Of a stretch of 43,222 bases of DNA, positions 37,486 to 43,222 are shown piece by piece. The notes under the pieces are model-generated. The model searched no databases and was not told the origin of the DNA. It worked only from the letters and a program-made list of their open reading frames with translations. The DNA is taken from assembly GCA_041287245.1 (NCBI GenBank), contig JBEULP010000069.1, positions 1 through 43,222 of the forward strand, written 5' to 3'. The translations under genes were made by a program, and so were the position numbers. This stretch comes from Infirmifilum sp. Its GTDB lineage: Archaea > Thermoproteota > Thermoprotei > Thermofilales > Thermofilaceae. Positions within the stretch are counted from its first letter, which is position 1. The number at the start of each line of letters is the position of its first letter.

Positions 37486-38286
37486 CTACTCACCCTTAAA
37501 CTTTTCATAGGAGAAGGAGCAGCCCGAGCTCCTAGCAGCCTTCTCAATACTCTTCAGGATCTCCTGTGAAAGCCGCTCCCCCTCCTTGTAGTTTAACGCT
37601 GTAACGTCCAGCTTGTATCTCGGCGCGCCAATTGTATAAAACTCTACGGTCGCATTAGTCGGCTTCTCAACGTTCCCCTCCCAGGCAGTGAGAACCTGTT
37701 TTAGAGCAGTGACCCCACCCTCTAGACACTGGACGTTTATTATGTAGCTGAGCTTTACACTAGGGAGCTTTATGTTCTGCTTAGCGATCTCCGTTACAGC
37801 CTCAGCCCATCTTTTATCTACGCCAGCCTCTTCTAGAGCCGCCTCGCCCCTAAGACTTGTCTCTTCAAGCCCCTTGAATATTTCGCCATAGTAATTCTCC
37901 AGCGGCCACCCGACCTTTTCATAAGCCTCGTCAAGAGTCTTTCGGAGACTCTTAGCAGCCATCTCGAGAATCTTCTCCGCACGCTGCGCTCTTTTCCACT
38001 CGATGAGCTTCTCCTTTCTCTCAGAGTCGGAAACCCTCCTGAGCGAGAGGTCTACAAGCATTTTCGACTGGTCTACTCTTATAACTTTAAACACGGCCTT
38101 CTGCCCAACTCTCAACACATCCCTGATGCTTTTAAACCACGTGTGGCTTACCTCTCCAAGCGGGACATAGGCTCTGAGCCCGCCGTACTCGTCTAGCGTC
38201 ACGAACGCTCCATGCTCGTGAATCTCCTTGACCGTGGCGACGACGAGCTCGTTAAGGCTAGGCAAGCTTTCTCTCTTTCTAACCAA
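37486..38286 (-). CDS. Translation initiation factor 2 alpha
   Basis: S1 domain (GAFVTLDEY, VIRVD..VDLSLRRV), GAPRY; conserved rpl44e-rps27e-aIF2a-nop10 order. Confidence 0.96.
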   Translation of the reverse strand: MVRKRESLPSLNELVVATVKEIHEHGAFVTLDEYGGLRAYVPLGEVSHTWFKSIRDVLRVGQKAVFKVIRVDQSKMLVDLSLRRVSDSERKEKLIEWKRAQRAEKILEMAAKSLRKTLDEAYEKVGWPLENYYGEIFKGLEETSLRGEAALEEAGVDKRWAEAVTEIAKQNIKLPSVKLSYIINVQCLEGGVTALKQVLTAWEGNVEKPTNATVEFYTIGAPRYKLDVTALNYKEGERLSQEILKSIEKAARSSGCSFSYEKFKGE

Positions 38287-38362
38287 AAACGAACCACCGA
38301 GGAGAATACGCCCGGGTATTGATATTTTTTATTGCCTATAAAGGATTAATCCGTCGGAGAGG

Positions 38363-38554
38363 CTACGAGAGAAACTCGACTATCTCAGCCATTATAAGGG
38401 CTTTACCCCCGGTCGGCTGGACGAGCGTCCTACCACACTTCATACACTTGGGCGTTAGGGACGAGTGGCTAAATACCACCTGGACGTTACCACAGTCCGG
38501 GCAGCGTACCCGGACGAACCTGCTCCTTGGCCTTGGAACCAGCTCCCCGTTCAT
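38363..38554 (-). CDS. rps27e: 30S ribosomal protein S27e
   Basis: PRSRFVRVRCPDCGN..CMKCG..PTGGKA. Confidence 0.96.
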   Translation of the reverse strand: MNGELVPRPRSRFVRVRCPDCGNVQVVFSHSSLTPKCMKCGRTLVQPTGGKALIMAEIVEFLS

Positions 38555-38555
38555 T

Positions 38556-38843
38556 CTACTTCACCTTCTCAATTATCTCGAGCTTCTTCAGCCTAATACC
38601 CTCTTTGTGATATGTGTAACCGCAAACCTTGCACTTAAGCTTTAACACCTGCTTCTTAGTAACCTTAGCGGTACGCTTCTGCTCTGGCTTCCTCTTAGAC
38701 CCGTAGCCCCTCTGCTTCCTTAAATACCTGCGCTGCCCCTCCGCGAGAGTCCTCCTCTTACCTGCCTTATACAGCATAACCTCGTGCTCCGTATGCGTCT
38801 TGCACCTCGGACAGTATGTCCTTATCACTGCAGGAACCTTCAT
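38556..38843 (-). CDS. rpl44e: 50S ribosomal protein L44e
   Basis: [32 protein letters not shown]; start moved to ATG 38843. Confidence 0.96.
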   Translation of the reverse strand: MKVPAVIRTYCPRCKTHTEHEVMLYKAGKRRTLAEGQRRYLRKQRGYGSKRKPEQKRTAKVTKKQVLKLKCKVCGYTYHKEGIRLKKLEIIEKVK

Positions 38844-38949
38844 GCTACCACCGCGCTTAGGTCTTAACTCTACCCGCATATTTTAAGCTTTTCCAGCTAC
38901 TCCGAAACACAAGGTTTATAGCCGAGGCGCAGAGAATCCCCCACTAGGT

Positions 38950-39288
38950 GTGCCCATGGAGTTCTGCCCAAAGTGCGGCTCGATAATGATCCCGGCTGTA
39001 GTTAACGGCAGGAAGGTCCTGAAGTGTAGGAACTGCGGCTACGTCAAGGACGCTGGCAACCCCGGGGCAGCCTATAGAGTCGAGGAGAAGATAGACCGCC
39101 ACCCCCTGGACAGGGTCGCGGTGTTCGACGTGGACGTAACCACGCTCCCAGTAGTCCCCTTCAAGTGCGAAAACTGCGGTAACGACAAGGCCTACGTGTA
39201 TGAGTTGCAGACGAGGGCTGGAGACGAGCCTGCTACAAGGTTCTACATATGCACGAAGTGCCGCAAGGTCTACCGCGAGTACGCGTGA
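38950..39288 (+). CDS. tfs: Transcription factor S; start may be ATG 38956
   Basis: FCPKCGS..CRNCGY; CENCGN..QTRAGDEPATRFYICTKC with catalytic DE. Confidence 0.96.
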   Translation: MPMEFCPKCGSIMIPAVVNGRKVLKCRNCGYVKDAGNPGAAYRVEEKIDRHPLDRVAVFDVDVTTLPVVPFKCENCGNDKAYVYELQTRAGDEPATRFYICTKCRKVYREYA

Positions 39289-39334
39289 GGACAGTCAGGG
39301 TAGCCTTGCCTTATGAAGACGGGGATTTAAATGA
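39285..39334 (+). ncRNA. Candidate C/D-box guide sRNA overlapping the tfs stop codon
   Basis: GTGAGGA (C), 12-nt guide, weak D', ATGAAGA (C'), 11-nt guide, ATGA (D); 50 nt total. Confidence 0.4.
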
Positions 39335-39382
39335 TAAATTATTATATAGTTCTAGTGTTTCGTTTATACAAAGGTGTGAAAA

Positions 39383-40126
39383 ATGGTTAAGTTCATATTC
39401 CCAGACGCGCGCGAGTGGAGATACGTCCTCGAAAGCCTTTCAACAATCGTAGACGAGGCTAACTTCGTAGCATCCCCCGACGGGCTCAGACTCAGAGCAC
39501 TAGATCCAGGCAGGATTGCGATGGTAGACCTCTACATGCCCGCCGGGCTCTTCGAGGAGTACAACGTAGACGCCGAGACGAAGATAGGCGTAGTGCTAGA
39601 CGACATCGACAAGGTCCTCAAGAGGGCGAGGTCTGACGACAAGCTGGTCTTCGAGGTCGGCGAGGGCCGCTTGACGATCATGCTGCTAGGAAGGGCTGAG
39701 AGAAGGTTCAGGTTCCCCCTTCTAGACATAGCGGGCCAGGAGCTCCCCTCCCCCAAGCTAAACTTCACCGTCGCAGCCAAGATGCTCAGCGACACCTTCC
39801 GAGACGCGCTTAAAGACGCTTCTCTAGTCTCAGAGTCCGTCAAGCTCAAAGCTGAGGGAGAGGCGCTCTACATGTCGGCCAGGAGCGACAGAGGCGAGAC
39901 AGAGTCAAAGTTTACAATAGAGTCCGGAAGTCTTTTAGAGATAGACGTCAAGGAGCCCGCCGAGGCAAGCTACGGTATAGACTTCCTGGACAAGATAGTC
40001 TCAAAGGCCTACAGGGTGAGCGATATAATGACACTACGCTTCGCGACAAACATGCCCATAGAGCTGGGCTTCGACATAGCAGGCGGTGGAACCCTAAAAT
40101 ACCTGCTAGCCCCCAGGATGGAGTAG
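39383..40126 (+). CDS. pcn: PCNA sliding clamp
   Basis: IVDEANF, RALDPGRIAMVDL, ASYGIDFL, YLLAPR. Confidence 0.97.
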   Translation: MVKFIFPDAREWRYVLESLSTIVDEANFVASPDGLRLRALDPGRIAMVDLYMPAGLFEEYNVDAETKIGVVLDDIDKVLKRARSDDKLVFEVGEGRLTIMLLGRAERRFRFPLLDIAGQELPSPKLNFTVAAKMLSDTFRDALKDASLVSESVKLKAEGEALYMSARSDRGETESKFTIESGSLLEIDVKEPAEASYGIDFLDKIVSKAYRVSDIMTLRFATNMPIELGFDIAGGGTLKYLLAPRME

Positions 40127-40133
40127 GCCCGAA

Positions 40134-41192
40134 ATGTCGACAGGCCCCCTGCGCGTACTCCTCAGCACAGAAGATTATCTGAGATACCCTTTTCTCCCAG
40201 AAGCACTCAGGATAGTTAAGGAGCTCGGCCTCACCCTCGAGGACCTAGGGGAAACTCCCCTCGGCAACGAGATCCTCGAGCACGCTAAGAGGAAGATCCT
40301 CTCCGTTATAGAGGATGGCCGATATCCTGGGTCTGTGGAGGACTATAGGCTGGAGGTCTCCGCCTTCACAACAGCCCTGCTCATCCTCTCACAAGTCGGG
40401 GACAAGGCGCTCACGGAGAAGTTCGCCGTCTCCTTCTCCAAGAGGGTAGCCCCAAGCCTCGAGGAGGACTCGAAGGGAAGGCTGGAAATGCTCCTACACA
40501 TTTGTTCTGTGCTCGGATGGGACGTCAGGCTCCGTGAAGGCAGGATATACATACACTTCAAGGACTACGTGTACGCGCAGCCTGAGTTCACAGGCGCCTG
40601 GAAGCTTGTAAACAAGCCCCTATCAGCCGGCTACGTCGAGGTTTCGCGCCGAGAGCTGGCACGCCTGCTCCAGACAGGCGTCAAGAAACACGTGGTTAAG
40701 CTTGTGGAGTCCGCGGACATAGACCCCTCCCTCCTCCCCGAGAGGCTGTACGCCGCTGTAGAGGAGGTATCCCAGACCTGGGCGAAGACGAGAAATGAGG
40801 TTCTAGCCTACGCCCAGGCAAACTACAGGAAAAGCGGCGCCGAAGCCTTCCCACCTTGCATAAGAACGCTACTGGAAGAGGCTAAAGCAGGCAAAAACCT
40901 CCCGCACAGCGCCCGATTCGCCCTAGCATCCTTCCTGCTGAACGTCGGCTTCTCGGTCGACGAGACGCTGGAAGTATTCAAGTTCTCCCCGGACTACAGG
41001 GAAGACCTCGCGAGATACCAGGTTGAGCACATAGCCGGCCTACGGGGCTCAAGGACCAAGTACACGCCTTATAAGTGCGACACAATGAGAAGCCTCGGGC
41101 TCTGCCGGTGGAGCTGCGAGGGCGTAAGACACCCCCTCCAGTACTTCTACCGCTCGATCCGAGGCAGGCCCCCCAGGGTAGCCGAGTCCTAG
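40134..41192 (+). CDS. priL: DNA primase large subunit
   Basis: YPFL, WKLVN, FPPCI, LPHSARF, YQVEHIAG, YKCDTM..GLC..C..HPLQY. Confidence 0.95.
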   Translation: MSTGPLRVLLSTEDYLRYPFLPEALRIVKELGLTLEDLGETPLGNEILEHAKRKILSVIEDGRYPGSVEDYRLEVSAFTTALLILSQVGDKALTEKFAVSFSKRVAPSLEEDSKGRLEMLLHICSVLGWDVRLREGRIYIHFKDYVYAQPEFTGAWKLVNKPLSAGYVEVSRRELARLLQTGVKKHVVKLVESADIDPSLLPERLYAAVEEVSQTWAKTRNEVLAYAQANYRKSGAEAFPPCIRTLLEEAKAGKNLPHSARFALASFLLNVGFSVDETLEVFKFSPDYREDLARYQVEHIAGLRGSRTKYTPYKCDTMRSLGLCRWSCEGVRHPLQYFYRSIRGRPPRVAES

Positions 41193-41201
41193 GCGAGGCG
41201 C

Positions 41202-42299
41202 ATGGAGATACCGAGGCTCTTCAAAGACTACTATCACAAAAATTTCGTGGCGCCGCCGAGCAGCGTTGAGAAGCGGGAGTTCGCCTTCACCCTCTTCAAC
41301 ACAGAGGGGATGTTCAGGCACATCTCCTTCAGAAACGCTGAGCAGCTAAACAGGCACCTCAGGGAGAAAGCCCCCCAGCACGCCTACTACTCGACAGCCT
41401 ACTACCGCGACCCCTCAGCCCCCGAGATGGACGACAAGGGATGGGAGGGCGCAGACCTAGTCTTCGACATAGACGTCGACCACATAGACACCCCCTGCAA
41501 GCCCCTACACGACTCCTGGAAGTGCAGGAGCTGCGGCGCGGAAGGCTGGGGCTTCATACTCAAGTGTCCAAGCTGCGGAAGCGACAGCATCGAGAGGCAG
41601 ACATGGGTCTGCGACCAGTGCATAAGCGTCGCACGGGAGGAGACGCTGAAGCTCATAGACATACTAGAGGAGGACTTCGGCCTCACCCGGGCCGAGATGA
41701 GCGTAGCCTTCTCAGGGCACAGAGGGTTCCATGTACACGTCGAAAACAAGGTCGTCGCGGAGCTTGACCAGGAGGCAAGGCGGGAGATCGCGGACTACGT
41801 CCGGGGCCTCGGCATAGACCCCGACCTCTACATGGAGAGGGTGGAGAGGCTCTACAGGTACAAGTACTCCCAGGGGGATCCGGGGTGGCGGGGGCGCATA
41901 GCCAGGCTTCTAGGCCTAAGGGCACAGGCCGAAGCCCCCATGGCAAGGGAAGAGCTACGCAGGCTAATACTTGAGTGCGTCGAGGAGGCGAGGGCGAACA
42001 TCGACGAGAAGGTGACCATGGACGTCAAGAGGCTCATACGGCTCCCCGGAACCCTCCACGGCAAGACAGGCCTCAAAGTACTCCCGATGACTGTCCAGGA
42101 GCTCGAAGCCACGGACGCCCGGGGCATACTCGAGGAGTCGATAGCCCTCCCAGACGAGCCCGTACGGGTCGAGCTGGACAGGTGGCCCCGCAAGATACTG
42201 GACCACACGATAACCCTCCGCTCAGGGGAGCTCCAGCTGCCACTATACCTCGCGGTGTACATAGCCCTGAACTCCAAGAGGGCTAGGATCCACGCCTAA
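41202..42299 (+). CDS. priS: DNA primase small (catalytic) subunit
   Basis: REFAF, RH, YYSTAYY, DLVFDIDVD, FSGHRGFH, DEKVT.D..RLIRLPGTLHGKTG; Cys-rich Zn insert. Confidence 0.96.
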   Translation: MEIPRLFKDYYHKNFVAPPSSVEKREFAFTLFNTEGMFRHISFRNAEQLNRHLREKAPQHAYYSTAYYRDPSAPEMDDKGWEGADLVFDIDVDHIDTPCKPLHDSWKCRSCGAEGWGFILKCPSCGSDSIERQTWVCDQCISVAREETLKLIDILEEDFGLTRAEMSVAFSGHRGFHVHVENKVVAELDQEARREIADYVRGLGIDPDLYMERVERLYRYKYSQGDPGWRGRIARLLGLRAQAEAPMAREELRRLILECVEEARANIDEKVTMDVKRLIRLPGTLHGKTGLKVLPMTVQELEATDARGILEESIALPDEPVRVELDRWPRKILDHTITLRSGELQLPLYLAVYIALNSKRARIHA

Positions 42300-42405
42300 C
42301 CCACCTCGAAGCGCCACCCCCCTAGAGGGATGAGGGAAGCATTTTCAACTACTGTCGAACCAATAATAGTTAAAAGCCGGATTCTAATTCACAGAAAACA
42401 CTGCC

Positions 42406-42454
42406 TATAAATACCCTGCCCGGCTCAAAACCCCCGAACCCCGAAAAGGGGTGA
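42406..42454 (+). promoter_or_regulatory. TATA box and strong SD of the terminal surface-protein gene
   Basis: TATAAATA at 42406-42413; GGGGTGA at 42448-42454. Confidence 0.6.
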
Positions 42455-42463
42455 AGCATGCAT

Positions 42464-43222
42464 ATGAGTAGTAAATACATATTAGGTATACTCGCACTAG
42501 CAATAATAGCACTAGCACTCGCACACACAGCACAAGCAGCCCCAATCACAAAGGTCAACTTCACTCTAAACCTGCCCGACGGCACCCCCTTCGCAAACCA
42601 GCAAGTCATAATAGTAGTCTTCAACGAGACTGGCAACTGTATACTCGCCCACGCAATAGGCACCACGGACAGCAATGGCTTCATAAAGGGAACAATCGAC
42701 CAGCCTGGAGGAGCAATAAATCCTGCCAACAGCGGCACTTATTATAACATCTCTGTCTTCTGGCAGGCCTACGGCAGAACCTTCCTAGCTAACACTACAG
42801 TTCATATAGATAGTAACACATTCAACAACCTATTTAATCAGCCCACCATAACAGTGAATTTGGGCCTCCTCTGGAAGCTCAAGTTTCAAGCTATGACCAA
42901 TGTGGCAGGGCAAGACGTACCCCTCTACTTCAAGGACCCCGAGTCGGGTAGGGAGGACATAGCCTACTTCGACGTTTGGTTCTACAGCAAGTCCGGAGCC
43001 CCAGTCTTCTCAAGCCCCGCCGACAGCACCGCCACATCCACTAAATCCTTCCTTGCTCCAACTGTAGAGGTAAACATCAAGCCGACTACCAGCCCAACAT
43101 GCTACCACATCGAGAAAGCCTGGAACGTAACACTCTACAAGGAGGTCAGCTGGCTCCTCAACACAAACCCCGGCCAGCCCCTCAAAGTCCTCGTAGGCAG
43201 GGAAAACGTAATCATATACGCG
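42464..43222 (+). CDS. Secreted surface glycoprotein (S-layer-like), runs off the 3' end; absent from the ORF track; alternative start ATG 42458
   Basis: My translation is open to the window end: MSSKYILGILALAIIALALAHTAQA signal peptide, then APITKVNFTLNLPDGTPFANQQV..GTTDSNG..; sequons NFT, NET, NIS, NTT, NVT. Confidence 0.85.
   Translation, partial: MSSKYILGILALAIIALALAHTAQAAPITKVNFTLNLPDGTPFANQQVIIVVFNETGNCILAHAIGTTDSNGFIKGTIDQPGGAINPANSGTYYNISVFWQAYGRTFLANTTVHIDSNTFNNLFNQPTITVNLGLLWKLKFQAMTNVAGQDVPLYFKDPESGREDIAYFDVWFYSKSGAPVFSSPADSTATSTKSFLAPTVEVNIKPTTSPTCYHIEKAWNVTLYKEVSWLLNTNPGQPLKVLVGRENVIIYA

Noticed and set aside
41402..42738. Multiple overlapping ORFs on alternative frames and strands of priS and the surface gene
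   Set aside because: Shadow ORFs from high GC3 and codon bias; no motifs
1..43222. CRISPR arrays, IS elements, integrases or att repeats at the tRNAs, defence systems
   Set aside because: No regularly spaced repeats, transposase or integrase motifs, or duplicated tRNA 3' ends seen by eye

Overview
Core-genome window from a crenarchaeon (Thermoproteota). It is probably Thermoproteales/Thermofilaceae, inferred from the multi-intron BHB tRNAs, bifunctional PGI/PMI, Elf1 and gene content. It holds about 50 densely packed, mostly housekeeping genes: translation (EF-1a, aIF2a, AspRS, HisRS, five r-proteins, Dph5, MAP), transcription (TFB, TFS, Elf1), replication/repair (PCNA, PriL, PriS, RPA-like, XPB-like helicase, EndoV), ether-lipid synthesis (GGGPS, DGGGPS) and secretion/N-glycosylation (Sec61b, AglB). 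I found no mobile elements or CRISPR arrays. Features the ORF track misses: two tRNA genes (Pro-TGG, Arg-CCT), each with introns at 32/33 and 37/38 leaving the anticodon on a 5-nt micro-exon; two candidate C/D-box sRNAs; and a secreted glycoprotein ORF running off the right end. Best candidate for an undescribed system: a 117-aa membrane protein resembling the eukaryotic non-catalytic OST subunit DC2/OSTC (OST3/6 family), 1.6 kb from an STT3-like aglB, suggesting a multi-subunit oligosaccharyltransferase. Also notable: an arginine-synthetase-like COG2403 gene with an operator-like palindrome, a probable non-canonical start for the Trm11-like gene, an XPB-like helicase with a C-terminal PIP box, and a GC rise toward the surface-protein gene. 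All family assignments come from motif recognition by eye; no searches were run.
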